A program made the translations under genes and the position numbers. Shown here one piece after another: positions 1-13,904 of a stretch of DNA of 64,000 nucleotides. How positions within the stretch are numbered: position 1 is the stretch's first letter; each line of letters opens with the position of its first letter. The notes under the pieces are model-generated. The model ran no database searches. It was given only the letters and a program-made list of their open reading frames with translations, and was not told where the DNA came from. Location of the stretch: positions 54,250,001 through 54,314,000 of the forward strand of contig OX597829.1 in assembly GCA_951406725.2 (NCBI GenBank). The letters run 5' to 3'. Source of the stretch: Octopus vulgaris. Its lineage: Eukaryota.

Positions 1-659
1 GGACAAGGTGCTTTTTATGTAGCACCAAGACAAGGTGCGACATGGTGCCAGGACAGGGTGCTTTTTACATGACATCAAGACAGGGTACTTTCTCTTGTGA
101 CAGCAGCTCAAGGTGCTTTTTATGTGACACCAGCGTAGATGTGTTTGTTTTCTGTGTGCTAACAACACAGGTGTTTTTTTACATGGCATCAGTGCCCATG
201 TGTTTGCAAGATAAGGATCCCTCAGCTAAGAGAGGGAGTGGAACCAAGAGATTAGAATATAATAGAAGGACAGAGGTGTCCCTCTTGCCATTGAGGAGAT
301 ACTTGGCTACCTCAGTGGGACAAGGAAGGATAAGAAGGTGGGAGAGAGATAGAGAGACAATTGAAGTGTGAGAGAGAGAGAGGGCCTGCCTACAGAGGAC
401 AATGGGTGTAGTTCTATAGGAGTGTGATGGGAGATGTTTAGAGATAGCAGAGAGAGCTAGCAATGTTAAGAGGGATTGGAGTGGCTGTAGAGATAGCAAG
501 TGATGGTGAGAGGAATTAAATGTGGCTGGGAGTGGATATGGTAGGATACTTTTTATGTGGGCATGGAATGTGTGCGGAGAGCACATGGGGGAGAATAGTG
601 GATAGCACGGCTGTGGGGAAGATGGGTTGTGAGAGAGTTTAATAGAGGATAAATTTGTA

Positions 660-2110
660 TGTGACCATAAAGGATATGCTTATATGTGTGGATGGCCATG
701 ATTTTTCTTAGCTTCACATGTATCCTTAAGCACAGCAAACCGCCAGAAGTCTTGGTCCCTTGTCTCTTCAGTGAGGCTTAACATGTGAAGATTATTACTC
801 GTCGCTTTGTCCCATGTCTTCTTGGGTTTACCCCTTTCACAGGTTCCCTCAACAATTAGAGATTGGCACTTCTTTATGCAGCTGTCCTCATCCATACACA
901 TCCCATGACCAGTCTTCTCTCTTGCACACAACATCTGATGCCTCTTATACCCAATTTTCCCTTTAAATTATTTACACTCTGCATTACATGCACACTGGTA
1001 TTACCCGTCCAGTAGAGCATATTGGCTTTATTTCTTTTCACATATCTTCAGTAGTTACAGCCCATGTCTCACTGCCATGTAGCATTACTGTACATAACCA
1101 GGCATCATACAATCTGTCTTTCAATCTGAGGTAGAGGCTCTTTGTTACCAACAAATGTAGCAGCTCTCTGAACTTTGCCCAGCCTGTTCTTATTCTATCA
1201 ACTATGCTTTCAGAACTTCCTCCTCCACTGCTGACTTGGTCACCTACGTAATGGCAGCTAACTACTACTTCTAATGTGGAGGCACAATGGCCCAGTGATT
1301 AGGGCAGCAGACTCATGGTCATAGGATCGCGGTTTTGATTCCCAGACCAGGCATTGTGAATGTTTATTGAGCAAAAACACCTAAAGCTCCGTGAGGCTCC
1401 GGCAGGGGGTGGTGGTGAACCTTGCTGTATTCTTTTACCACAACTTTCTCTCACTCTTTCTTCCTGTTTCTATTGTACCTGTATTTCAAAGGGCCAGCCT
1501 TGTCACATTCTGTGTCATGTTGAATCGCCCTGAGAACTTTGTTAAGGGTACACATGACTGTGGAGTTCTCAGCCACTTGCACGTTAATTTTACGAGCAAG
1601 CTGTTCTGTTGATTGGATCAACTGAAACCTTCATCATCATAACCGACGGAGTGCCACTACTTTTAAGGATTCTCCTGGAATTTAAGGAAATTATTTCTCT
1701 GTACATTCATACAGTTTATTGTACCTGCACATCTGCCACACACAAAAACTTCTTTCTTTGTTAATCTTGCTCTGATACCACAGCAGAAGAAGGCCAACTC
1801 TCTTCCTAATTAATTGAACTCTGTAATTTTCATGTTCTGGTCCACCAACTTGATACCTCTGCATTTATTTCTGTCTAAGGCATCACTTTTACCTTGACTA
1901 TGGTATTGCTACATCAGTTATTGGGTATGACTCCCTCCTGTACAACCTGATTAACTATCCAGGTGACTTAACCATATCTCACTCTGTCAGATATTTTAAG
2001 CATCTCAGTGGTGACCTCTGAAGAGTGAGGGGGCTTTCCCTGTCCTCATATTCTTAATTGCTTTATCTACTAAACTACTGTTTATTTGGATTGATGGTCC
2101 TCCTGATGAA
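660..2110 (-). mobile_element. Decayed RTE-clade LINE 3' portion, interrupted by a SINE
   Basis: Minus-strand fragments (DEDSCIKKCQSLIVEGT..RGKPKKTWD) are homologous to the intact RTE at 35187-38102. Confidence 0.8.
1275..1655 (+). mobile_element. tRNA-derived SINE with probable ~11 bp target-site duplication
   Basis: Box A/B-like head (tggcccagtgattag...ggttttgattccc), flanked by actacttctaa / actacttttaa. A related tail is on the minus strand at 4975-5290. Confidence 0.7.
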
Positions 2111-2865
2111 AGAAAGTTATTTTATTCCACACAGAGGGGAGAGAGAACAGTGGCTGAAGGCAGAGAAAGGGGGCTGAATGGTTGAAATAATGTGGGTAGG
2201 GATGTGATATTCTTGTAGGTGAGCACAGGGGTGGGGTAGGGAGGAATGCTTGATATGTCAGGGAGAGGGGAGGATTGACATGATCTCACATGTTCAGGCA
2301 TGTCTGAGTGGTTTATAGAATATCATTTTTGCTGTGACGAACCAGAAGACCTTTGTCATCTCTGCTATAAGGCTTCACATGCCCTTTGTGTTTAGGGCCC
2401 CTGTGGTTTCAGTACCATGGAATCTGCCTTTCACTTGGAGTTAGAGAGAGTGAGAGACCTTTTGTTGCCAACAGAAGCAATAACCCTCAGAACTTTCTCC
2501 ATTCTGTTCTTATTCTAGTGTAGCAGTGATTCAAAACCTAACTGCTAGATACTCAATCAGACATTGTAAGTGAACCAACATAGTTTCACACAACTGGTCA
2601 ATAAATTGACCGATTTGTGTGAGACTGTAGCACGATATGGTTTTCTTAATTGTTCTAGAATAAAACATCTTGTTCCCCATAAAAACTGTTTTGATACTTT
2701 AACTTATTACATAGTGTTGAAGGCCGTTGGCTGATTCACGTAGTTTCTCTCTTGCTATGTCGATGGTTTCGAACATTTATGCAGACAACTCCAGATTGTT
2801 AGACAGACCTGTTCTGAATGTTCATACAATGTCTCATAAGTTGTTTCTTCAGACACTGTGCGGTT

Positions 2866-2906
<41 letters not shown>

Positions 2907-3173
2907 TTGTCTGCAAATTTTTATGTTGTTCACTGTATAACAGTGAGTTACCACTTTTATGATGATGATGATGATGATGATGATAAAGCAGTGGTTTTTA
3001 CCACTTTTACAAGGGTGATATTATCTTATTTATATGGTTTCGACTTGGAAGAGATAATAAATACAGATGGTTATAGAGTGGGAATCTATAGTGATAAACG
3101 CATTACTTATAACTTAATTATAAGTATTATCACAATACATAAATCTTAACTCAGGCTGCATAAATGCCGTGAT

Positions 3174-3680
3174 GAATTATATGCACCAAGACGCTGAATG
3201 TCCAGCCAAGCTATAGAAATTTCTATTCGGTCTGCATTGAAATATGAGGCCTAACATTGTCCTGAAGGAAGATGACACACTCTTCTGATTGGTCAGTTCT
3301 GGACATTTTTCATCAATTGCTTCCTTGAACTGAGAACAATAATTGTCTGAATTCAATTTCTGATTTTTGTGGAAGCTGCTTATAATACACAATGCTCTTC
3401 CACTCTCACCACACACACACACACAGAGCATCACCTTCTGCAGATACTGACATGTTTTTGGTGTGATTTAAAACTTATTCACTTTGTTTCCTTCAGGAAC
3501 TTTAAGTAATCCATCTTTTACCACTTGATATTATTCTCTTCAAAAATGGATTTTTTTTTTGTTGTGTTAGATGGAAATGCTGTCTATTCAATTTTTTTTG
3601 TTAAACTATGAGGTACCTAAACATCAAAGCAATTCACATATCCAATGCCTTATAACACTCATATGAGATATCTGGAACAT
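3174..3680 (-). mobile_element. Mariner-like transposase remnant
   Basis: LNSDNYCSQFKEAIDEKCPELTNQK resembles the mariner INSDxYCxQL..AIxEKRPEL motif; frameshifted. Confidence 0.65.
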
Positions 3681-4660
3681 CTCTGTGATTCGATTTGGTC
3701 ATCACCAATAACTGTAGGCCTGCTGGAACACTCAGTCTTCCAGATCAAAATCTTCACCCCTAAACCTAGTGGACCACTTACAAACAATTCTCTCAGCTGT
3801 AACGCCATCTTCATAAACTGCACATATCTTATTTGCTGTTTGAACAGTGTTGTTTCCTTTCATCTTCCATTTCCACTTTTAATGGTAAAAACAGTAGAAA
3901 TGAACTGTCCACACAATAATCATGCAGGAAGACCTGTTGAAATGTCACTTTTCACAAAGTATAAATGTCTTATACCTCTCTACTTTTCATTGTTCAATAC
4001 TCCAGGTTGTTCTGTACTTCATTGTTCTGTACTGTAGGTTGATTCCCTCTCTGTCAATAATTTCCACAACAAACGGAAATATTTTACAGTGTTGTCTTTT
4101 TCCTCAAAAACTCATTCTCTTCATTCAAATAATCAAAACACATTTTCATGATATATATACGAAGAGAGATTCTTCTCAAGCATGGCATATTGTCAAAGAT
4201 CTTGGGTCATATATTAACTCTGTGAGGCCCAATGTTCAAAGGGTGCTTTTTAGGTGCCAGTTATGCGATACCAGCATTAGCCACAACTAAGATTTCACTT
4301 GGCTTGACGAGTCTTATCAAGCACAGCAAATCACCAAAGGTCTCTGCCACTTGTCATCATCTGTGTGTAGCCCAACATTCAAAGATCATGCTCCACCACC
4401 TTGTTCCATGTCTTTCTGGGTCTACCACTTCCACACAGGTTTCCTCCACAATTAAAGATTGGCACTTTTTTTACACAGCTGTCCTTGACTTTGAATATAT
4501 ATAACTATGTTAAATTCTCTGTTATACTTTATCGAAACAATACTTTATTTCAAAGAGGCTAACCTGATTCTTTTCACTGTACAGTTAGAGAATATCATCT
4601 TTACAGTTAAAGGAATATTATAAAAATTTTAGGTAATATGGATCCTTTCTTTTATTGCAG

Positions 4661-4833
4661 GCGGGAACCAGCGTCGCTGATTGAACCTCCAAATTCTAGA
4701 ACAGATATGCAAAAATACGAAGAAGAACTTAGGAAAATCCAACCAAAAGCTGTTCGCCACTTATTTCTTATACGACACGGCCAATATCTTACGAGACAAA
4801 CTGAAGACTATTTAAATATCTTAACACCTTTAG
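4661..4833 (+). CDS. PGAM5: PGAM5 internal coding exon containing the catalytic RHG motif
   Basis: Acceptor tttattgcag, donor gttggt. Encodes REPASLIEPP...KAVRHLFLIRHGQY...LTPLG, matching the PGAM5 pattern WDRREP..KATRHIFLIRHSQY..LTPLG. The upstream exon (TM helix, WDxNWD) is not in the window. Confidence 0.95.
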
Positions 4834-4974
4834 GTTGGTATCTACTTTTGTTGGTAGTATTTAGTAAGGGTTTTATGTCCTTTAAAACATAAGAGAGTGA
4901 GAGAGTGAGAGAGATAATGAGTTCTGATTAGTGTGGTTAATGGTCAGTTTGCAGTTTCAACTTTTGAAGGGTAA

Positions 4975-5290
4975 CTGGCACTCCATTGGTTACGACGACG
5001 ACGAGGGTTGCAGTGGATCTGATCAGCGGAACAATCTTCTTGTGAAATTAACATGGAGGTAGCTGAGTACTCCACTGGCACCCTTAACACAATTCTCAGG
5101 GAGATTAAGCATGACACAGTGTGTGACTAGGCTGGTCCTTTGGAATACAGATGCTACTCACTTTTGCCAGCTGAGTGGACTGCAGCAAAGTGAAATAAAG
5201 TATCTTGCTCAGGGACACAATGTGTCACCAGGAATTGAACTTGCGACCTTTATGATCAACGCCCTAACCTCTAAGCTACGTACCTTCTCT
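4975..5290 (-). mobile_element. tRNA-derived SINE
   Basis: Reverse complement shares its 3' tail with 1560-1655 and has a B-box-like gttcaattcc head. Confidence 0.6.
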
Positions 5291-5650
5291 GAAAATTAAC
5301 AATTGACCGCTGATCTATCAACTCTTTCCTGTTCATGCATGTCTTCCCTATCTATATCTTCACCAAAACAGTCACTATTTCCATCTATCCTTCCCTCCCC
5401 ACCCACTGAACATATCGTAATACACTGACACCCTACATACACACCCACATAATTCAAAATTAAATTCTTGTGGAGATAGGCATGTTTAAGTGGGACATGC
5501 TTTTGATAGATCTTGATTACCTCTGCATACATATGTATGTGTAAATTATATATATATATAGTTAATCCAAACAAGAAAGCACAAAAAAGCACATCAACGC
5601 GAGGACGTGGAACAAATATAGTATTATTGGACGCTCAGGAAAGAAGGAGG

Positions 5651-5685
5651 GTTTAACGTTTCGAGCGGAGCTCTTCGTCGGAAAC
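5651..5685 (-). ncRNA. Minimal type I hammerhead motif (U4C core) in a ~200 bp repeat unit (5560-5757)
   Basis: Minus strand reads GUUU-CCGACGA-a-GAGC-ucc-GCUC-GAAAC-GUU-AAAC. A degenerate paralog lies at 53076-53111. Confidence 0.65.
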
Positions 5686-5765
5686 ATAGGAGAAGGAAAG
5701 ATCCAGAGAAGGGAAGACAGAGGAAAAAAATCGCCAACGGTACACACGCGGTCACAATATATATA

Positions 5766-7460
5766 TCATCATCATCATCATCGTTTAATGTCCGCTTTCC
5801 ATGCTGGCATGGGTTGGATGGTTTGACTGAGGATTGGCGAGCCAGAAGGCTGCACCAGGCTCCAATCTATCTGGCAAAGTTTCTACAGCTGGATGCCCTT
5901 CCTAATGCCAACCACTCTGAGAGTGTAGTGGGTGCTTTTCCATCCCACTGGCACGAGGGCAAGTCTGGTGTTTTGTATGTGCTACCTGCATGGGAGCCAG
6001 TCTGGCGGCACTGGCAACGACCACACTTGAATGTTGTTTTACACATGCCACCGGCACATGTGCCAGTAAGACAATACTGGCAACGATCATGCTTGAATGG
6101 TGCTTTTTATGTGCCACCAGCAAGGGAGCCAATCCATGGCCCTGGCAACGATCATGCATGGATGTGCTTTTAACATTCCACTGGCATAAGTGCCAATCAG
6201 GCGGTACTGTCATTGGCCACATCAGCGATTTTGATTTCACTTGCCTCAGTAGGTCTTCACGAGCAAAGTTTTTTGTCCAGTGAATGAGGGGTACTCATAA
6301 GTGTGCTGGTTACAACCCATGCTCAGATGTGCTTTTAATGTTCCATTGGCACGGGTGCCAATCAGGTGGTACTGTCACTGACCACGTCAGCAAATTTGAT
6401 TTTGATTTTAAATTTGATTTCACTTGCCTCATTAGGTCTTTGCAAGCAAAATTTATTGTCCAATGAATGAGGGGTACTTATAGGTGGGCCAGTTACACCT
6501 CACGTTCCGATGTGCCTTTAATGTTCCACTAGCACGAGTGCCAATCAAGCAGTACTGTCATCGGCCACGTCAGCAATTTTGATTTCACTTGCCTCAATAG
6601 GTCTTAGCAAGCAAAATTTATTGTCCAATAAAGGAGGGGTCTTCATAAGTGGGCTGGTTACACCCACTGGTATAGGCCATGGGCTATGGTCTCACTTGGC
6701 TTGTTGGTTCTTTTCAAGCACAGCATATCTCCATAGGTCTCGATCACTAGTCATTGCCTCGGTAAGACCCAATGTTCAAAGGTGGTGCTTCACCACCTCA
6801 TCCCAGCTCTTCCTGGGCCTATTTCTTCGTCAGGTTCCCGCAACTGATAGGATGCAACACTTTTTCAAACAGCTGTCCTCCTTCATTCGCAACACATGAC
6901 CATACCAGCGCAGTCGTCTCTCTTGCACACCACATCTGATGCTTCTCAGGGCAATTACACTCTGTCGTGTATGCACACTGACATTACACATCCATCGGAG
7001 CATACTGGCTTCATTCCTTGCAAGCTTACGCATGTCCCCAGCAGTCATGGCCCATGTTTCACTGCCATTTATCATGGCTGTTTGTACACATGCATCATAC
7101 AGTCTGAGCGAGAGGCCTTTTGTCACAAGCAGAGGTAGGAGCTCTCTGAACTTTACCCAGCCTATTCTTATTCTAGCTGCTACACTTTCAGAGCATCCAC
7201 CCCTGCTACTGACTAGGGCCCCTGGGTAATGGAAGCTATCAACTACTTCCAGTTTTTCTCCTTGGAATGTGACAGAAGCTGTTCTCTGCACATCTTCAGT
7301 GTTTATTGCTCCTGAGCATCTGCCACACACAAAAACTATCTTCCCAGTTTGCCTTCCTTTGATATTGCTGCACCTCTTATGTGTCCATAGCTTACACTGG
7401 GTACATCTTATGGAGTTTCTACTGACACTTTTTCTACAGATCTAGCAGGGCCATCCACCA
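5766..7460 (-). mobile_element. 5'-truncated RTE LINE with repeat-containing 3' UTR and (GAT)n tail
   Basis: ORF 6830-7330 matches the RTE C-terminus; the conserved tail ends in (cat)n on the + strand. Confidence 0.9.
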
Positions 7461-8019
7461 ATATATATTAGTAGAGATACCCAGCATTACTTGGGATTAA
7501 AATGGTATAATTTGTACATATATTACAGTCATGATGAAACATGTGATATGGGTAAGTGCAGCATTGATGATAAAACGTATGTGGAGTAAATGATGGGTTA
7601 ATTTGACTAAGCGACATATCATGCGTCCATTTGGAGGATTCCAGGCCCTAACCTGTCATGGAAAATTGGGAGTGGGTGGTATGTGATTTTTGAACGCACT
7701 GAAAAGCTGTCAGTGGATGTAATCTCTTTTGCGGCGGTTGACAGTTGAATGAATGTAGGTGTAATGGAAATATTGTATGTAAATGGGTATTTTCCAAAAA
7801 GGGGCTGCAATGGGAGACGGCAACGGGGAAGTGAACTGTTGAAATGTTGCAGAAGGCGAAGGGTTCTGGAATTGGATTGCTGGTGTTGCTGTAGAATAAG
7901 AAACATAAACTGAGCCTATGCAGTCACAGGAGAAGAATGTAGCAAGGAATTACTTGAAGAAATAATGCATAATGGCTTACCGAGCGGTCGGTGGGAGTAA
8001 TTGGAGAAAATGCTTTGGT

Positions 8020-8170
8020 ACTGAAGTCCATGCAGGAAACTGCTTTGTTGGTGCAGTCTTTGGGTTTGTTGGTATTTTGCCAAAATGGTATCCATCTTCA
8101 CCATTCACAAAGAACAGTGGATACCAGAGCGCATCGTGGGGTGTAGTAATTCCTACAAAACCTCTTGGTA
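8020..8170 (-). mobile_element. Helitron Rep/helicase fragment
   Basis: HDALWYPLFFVNGEDGYH plus, in a shifted frame, KAVSCMDF, resembling Helitron YDALQYPLLF..GEDGYH..VSxMDFY. Confidence 0.6.
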
Positions 8171-8559
8171 AACAATATTCTTTATTTTCCCCTTTCAGAA
8201 CAAATGTAAATAGATTTACAAACATTGGACCAAACATCTTGGTCCAATATCTTCTCCTCCATGAGGCCCAACATCCTCTTATTGGTCCTGAGTACTTCCT
8301 CTCATCTCTTCTTGGGTCTCCTTCTTCCACAGTTCCATCTGCTTTAAGCAATCAGCATTTCTTTACTCAGCTGTCTTCATTCATAAGCATCATATATGTC
8401 CAAACCAACACAGTCCTCTCTCACTCACATGCTGCATCTGGTTCCTCTTATGCCCAATTTTTCTCTCAGCCCTTTTACACTTTGTTGCACATGCACACTG
8501 ATGTTGCGTATCCATCAGAACGTACTAGCTTCTTATCATTTAATAATATGGTTATTATA

Positions 8560-9453
8560 TTGGTCCATCCCATAAATAATGCAGTATTTTTATAGTTCTT
8601 ATATTTTTCAAAGTTCTTTTTTAATCTAAAATATACTCTCCTTCATTTTCTACAATGCTCTTCCCTCTATCTGGTAGACTTGCAAGGCTCCTCTTCCAAA
8701 ATCCACTTGTCCATGATGAAAATTACTCCTCCAGTACTGTTCTGACCTCATGTGTAGATTTTATATTTTTTCTGTCCAAATGATTTTGAAGACTGCAGAA
8801 TAAATGATAATCAGATGGGGCAATGTCTAGTCAATATGGTGGGTGGGGCATTGTTTCCCATTCAAACTGCTCCAGCCGTTGGAATGTCATTCTCGTTGTA
8901 TGTGGCTTTGTATTATCCTGATGGAAGAACACCTTTCCTCTTGAAACCAAAGTTGGTCGTTTTTCTTCTAGCAATGAATGGCTGAATGACCAAATCCAAG
9001 CCTCTCTGCTAGTTCCTTAACAGTTACAATAGGATTTTGTTCCACCAGGGTTTGCAGGACATCCTCATTGAGTTCTACACATCTTCCAGGATGAGGCTTA
9101 TCTTCTAGGCTATAGTTTCTGGATTGGAATTTCTAGAACTACTGTTGACATTGGCTTCTACTTATTATCCAATCCCCAAATACTGCATTAATATTCCACA
9201 CACTATCCATTGCATTGTTGCTTTTATTGAACTCATAAAGCAAAATATACCAAATATGTCACTTCCATTATAGCTTTGAAAAAAATAACTATTAAAATCG
9301 AAATGCACTCTTCAAAACTTGCACTAAGAATAAGTCAAAGGTAAAATTAATTCCCTGCTTTTATAGCAAGTTGATGCAGGTAGTTTATCCCATCCCCTTC
9401 TGATTTTTAGTTCATGCAATTGAAAAAACTACATTATTTATGGGATGACCCAA
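8560..9453 (-). mobile_element. Decayed mariner-like DNA transposon with TIRs and TA target duplication
   Basis: TA-ttggtccatcccataaataatg ... cattatttatgggatgacccaa-TA; internal transposase remnants. Confidence 0.8.
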
Positions 9454-9851
9454 TATTTGTTAGATTTTATATCTTACTAAGAAAGATCTTTTTAAATTAT
9501 CAGTAGATTATTTTCACTTTAATTTTTTCTTTCTGTATATCTTTTCTTGCGATTTATATTATACAAATATTACTTCCATTTTTTTTTTATATGTATTTTC
9601 ATTGATAATTTGTCTTTTATGGATTCTTAAAGGGATAGGTTGCATGTAAGCTTTTGGTATTCATTGAGGGTCTGGAACGAACTACCCCTTAATCCATATG
9701 TTTTAATTTTAAGTTGCAAGCATGGCTGTGGGGTAAGAAGTTTGCTTCCCATCCACATGCGTTTGGGTTCAGTCCCACTGCTTGACGCCTGAACGAAGCC
9801 CATTAACTGAATCTCAAAGTGCATAAAGCTCGAAATAATGATATGTAACTA

Positions 9852-9954
9852 TTAGGTTGAGAAGCCCTTTTTTGGATAGAAAAGGGAGATATGGGTTCAT
9901 GTCCCTTGGTTGGTTTTTGACTTTTTTTCTACTCAAAACGGTTTTTCAACCTAA
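9852..9954. mobile_element. Short mariner-type MITE
   Basis: TA-ttaggttga...tcaacctaa-TA terminal inverted repeats. Confidence 0.55.
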
Positions 9955-10530
9955 TATTTTTCATGTTACTATTTATAGCATTTATGCTTCAAGATCCAGT
10001 TTTTCAAAATGAATTAGTGGCTCTCGTGGCTTCTGATCTTAACTGATTGGAAGTCTTATCATGCACGTTTTGTCTTGGTATAAAAGATGGGCTACAGCAA
10101 ATATTCTGCTCAATACCACAGATTTGCTTGTCAGTTGTTTGACCTTAACCAGTTGAGCATGTCCCTCAGTGGCTGACGATATGTGCATCTCTGATCACGA
10201 GCAGAAGTAGTGGGGGAGCATCATAGCCATGTGTTGAGAGGGTTTCTTTGGGGTTTGAATAATTCACCTTTGGAAACATGGGTGTTTCGTTCAACATCCT
10301 TAAACAACCCTTATTCAGGGACCTTTTGAGCAGAAAGGGCTACTCAACCTGAAGAAAATTCTAACTGGGCCCCACCTGCAAGATCATGCATGGTTTATCT
10401 TGATATGAGATCATGTCGCATACGTATGGTTGTGAAGCATGTGCCTGGTGTACCCTTATCAGATGGGTATACTGGGCTTCGTATATTTGTACCCCAGTGT
10501 AATTGGAGGGCATGCACTGCTCTCTCACTC

Positions 10531-10567
<37 letters not shown>

Positions 10568-10852
10568 GTCGTTTCTACTAAAGGCACAAGGCCTGAAATT
10601 TGAGGAGAAGAGATTAGTCGGTTGCATCAACCCCAGTGTTTCACTGGTACTTAATTTTTCAACCCCCAAAAGAATGAAAGGCAAAGTTATCCTTGGCAGA
10701 ATTTGAACTCAGAACATAAAGACGTGAAATATCGCTAAGCATTTCATCCAGCGTGCTAATGATTCTGCCAGCTCGCTGTTTTAAAACATAAAGATGGATG
10801 GAATACCTCTAAGCATTTTCCCCAGTTTGCTAATGATTCTGCCAGTTTGCCC

Positions 10853-10888
<36 letters not shown>

Positions 10889-10937
10889 GAACAATATTTT
10901 TAATTAGCAATTATATTCTTTTTCTTTTTACTCTTAG

Positions 10938-11152
10938 GGGAAGAACAAGCACTTATGACTGGACGTCGTCTCCTAGAACTTAAAATTCCCTTTACAAGGA
11001 TTGTTTCATCAACTATGATGCGTGCAGACCAAACAGCTAAAATTGTACACCAATTCTTTCCTGATTTGCGCTTGGAATATAGCGACCTTCTCCGAGAAGG
11101 TATGCCAATACCACCTGAACCGGCACGTACAAGTTGGAGACCTGAATGGAAG
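10938..11152 (+). CDS. PGAM5: PGAM5 internal coding exon
   Basis: Acceptor ctcttag, donor gtgttt; phase matches the previous exon (G+GG=Gly). Encodes EEQALMTGRRL...IVSSTMMRADQTA...DLLREGMPIPPEP...WRPEWK. Confidence 0.95.
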
Positions 11153-11549
11153 GTGTTTATATTTTGAAAATTCTTTTAATGAACTCATTTAAAAAACACC
11201 AACCGAACCATAGGTTTGGCTACACACACACACAGACACACATCTATAAAATAGACACCATCATTTTTTTTAAAGATTTATTTCTACAAAGAAAATAACA
11301 TCATTTGATGCATCTAAATATTTAATCTAGGATTTAATGTAGTAGGCATGTTTTAACCTGTTTGTGTATTGTACTAACGAGTAGTGTCTGCACTAATAAA
11401 ATGGTATAATGAGGGGCATCTGGTTAAATTGTGAGACATCTGTATCGACCAGTTTGAAACCTTCTCATGAGTTTCTTTGAATTTTCTTCAATTACTTCAA
11501 TATATAATAGTTCGGTTGTTGAAATAGAATTAAGCTGATTTAATTTAAT

Positions 11550-11817
11550 CAGGCTCCAGTCTGATCTGGCAGTGTTTCTACAGCTGGATGCCCTTCCTAA
11601 TGCCAACCACTCCGCGAGTGTAGTAAATTTATCCTATCGGAGACGTGTAAATTTACTACACTCGCGGAGTGGTTGGCGTTAGGAAGGGCATCCAGCTGTA
11701 GAAACACTGCCAGATCAGACTGGAGCCTGGTGCAGCCCCTGGCTTCCCAGACCCCGGTCGAACCGTCCAACCCGTGCTAGCGCGGAAAACGGACGTTAAA
11801 TGATGATGATGATGATG
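11550..11817. repeat. Foldback of an RTE 3' tail (82 bp arms, 16 nt loop) in a PGAM5 intron
   Basis: 11550-11631 is the reverse complement of 11648-11729 with one mismatch; the right arm continues to a (GAT)n tail. Confidence 0.9.
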
Positions 11818-13301
11818 AATTTAGTTTATATTCAATTCGTTTTTTAAAATACTGATTTAGATTATTTTTGCTTTTGTTTCTAAGTTAGAGGCTTTAGTAA
11901 AGTTTGCTACTCTTTGTTGGTTGCATTTTTATATCACCAAAATAAAAATTTTCACACTTGCCTCCAGTAGAGTAGCTGAAATAACAAGGATTGAACTAAT
12001 GGCTGTGTAGTCAGTAACTCATTAGTTTACATTATTCTAAATAGTTGATTGATTAGATATTCATCATATACTTGCACTCAAGCAGTGATTATATATATAT
12101 AAGCAATGCAGTTAGAACTGGCCTTCTGGGTGTGCTTTTACCATTTAAACCAGCCATATCCAGCCCAGATATTCTACCATTTTTAATGCTGAAACCAGCC
12201 AGATTTGGTCTCTCTCACCTACTCTGCAGTGTCATTCTAAAATTAAACAATTATATTGTTAAAATCTTGAAGCTGCAAAATGGTGCATGATTTAATATTA
12301 AAACATGAATATGTAAGCATTACATTTGACAGAATAAACGGCGAATGCTAAAGATTAATTTGTTTGATTGATATTCCCTGCACTTTGGTGGGACCTAGTT
12401 TATCGCTTGCTGTTTGAGCACATTGTTACTTTGTTCTTGTATGTTAGTAGGTCATTGTGGTAGTCGCAATGAAGATAAGAAATGTCCATGAACAAAGTAG
12501 ATATGCCACACCTTGGTGTTTGAAAGTGATTGAACATTTAATAAGAATAGAGATTATGTCAGACTTTACTTTCATTTTACTTTCATGCGATCTTTCATTT
12601 TAAGTAGCTTTTTAGTTTCATTCTGCAGTATGTTTGTGAGTGTGCAATGTCTACAGCCAGTGGTGAAGTGGTCTTTAACTGATTTGTGATTTATTGTGGA
12701 GACACCGGGATCCATAAGAGGACTGACACAAGCAAAGATTGGGCTGAGGTATTCTATTTCATGCTAGCCATACTGCGTTCTGTGTGAACATTTGAGCCAG
12801 CTGACGGTTGTAGAAGGATGTACAAGGAGGAAATTGCAGGAAGGAAATGGCGTAGTAGTTAGTTAGCTTTGGATTTGGCATGTTGGGTGGACAATATGAG
12901 GAAGATGTGCTTGATTGGAGATAGCACAAGGGCCAGTAGCTTTGAAGAGCTGAGGGTATCAGATGCTGTAGAAAAAGCAGAGAATGAAGACTGTAATGTC
13001 ATTGGGCTAAATGTTGGTGAGTGGCCTTCCTTTGGATGAGGTAAGATGTCAGTGTGTGTAGCAGCGGCGGCAGCAGCACACCCCTGATGCAGGAGCGGTC
13101 TTCCATTGCAGTTCTCATCTGAATATTGCAGAAATGGAGAAATGAGGAGTGGAAATATTTTCAGACTCTGCGAGTGAATGCTTTGTATTTTAAATGCTTC
13201 CAACATCCTTAGTTTTTACATTTCAAAACCTTCACTTGATACATTTAAATTTTTGATGTTGATCAAAAGCAATTAATATTTGGATTCTTTGTTCCTTCTA
13301 G

Positions 13302-13432
13302 TTCTTAGCTGATGGTCCCAGAATAGAAGCAGCATTCCAAGAATATTTCCACCGTGCTAATATCGACCAGAAAGACGATAGCTACGAAATATTAGTGTGC
13401 CATGCTAATGTCATCCGATATTTTGTATGTCG
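13302..13432 (+). CDS. PGAM5: PGAM5 internal coding exon (not in the ORF track)
   Basis: Acceptor ccttctag, donor gtaggt; 131 nt. Encodes [43 protein letters not shown](R), matching PGAM5 [29 protein letters not shown]. Confidence 0.95.
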
Positions 13433-13788
13433 GTAGGTGTAACTTTATTTTATTTCCTTCTGTTTTACTTTTGTTTTTTGTATAAATTTTGTTTTCAGCT
13501 TTCAATTTAGGGTGGATATTGAAGTGTGGTTAATGTCTAAGACACTGAATCCTCTTTGAGCATCAGAGTATTTTGTGCTTGCTCAGTTTCTCTGAAACAT
13601 CTTGCCCATTCTTTTTTGGTACTTTCTTTCAGCTCATTCTTGCTGTATGGAAGCTAAGAAGGCTCTCAGCACCAGAGATTTTTATTTCGTTAAATGCAGG
13701 AGAGGCATCCATAATCTTTCTAGACATGTCAGGTTGATGTGATTCTTATCTAAATTGAAGAGAGAGAGAGAGTATATATGTAAGCATG

Positions 13789-13831
<43 letters not shown>

Positions 13832-13904
13832 GACTGATTGGAATTGGTGTTAATGTGACATAGTTTCCTGTGGAATATTTGCAAATTATTCAGCTACAGT
13901 ATTC

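Noticed and set aside
2583-2625. Hairpin with GAAAC on the minus strand
   Set aside because: No core heptamer, and the G is consumed in the stem.
7619-8010. Possible Penelope N-terminal remnant on the minus strand
   Set aside because: Only vague compositional resemblance; no diagnostic motif.
13302-13308. Second AG 7 nt into the PGAM5 exon as the acceptor
   Set aside because: Would frameshift the conserved exon.
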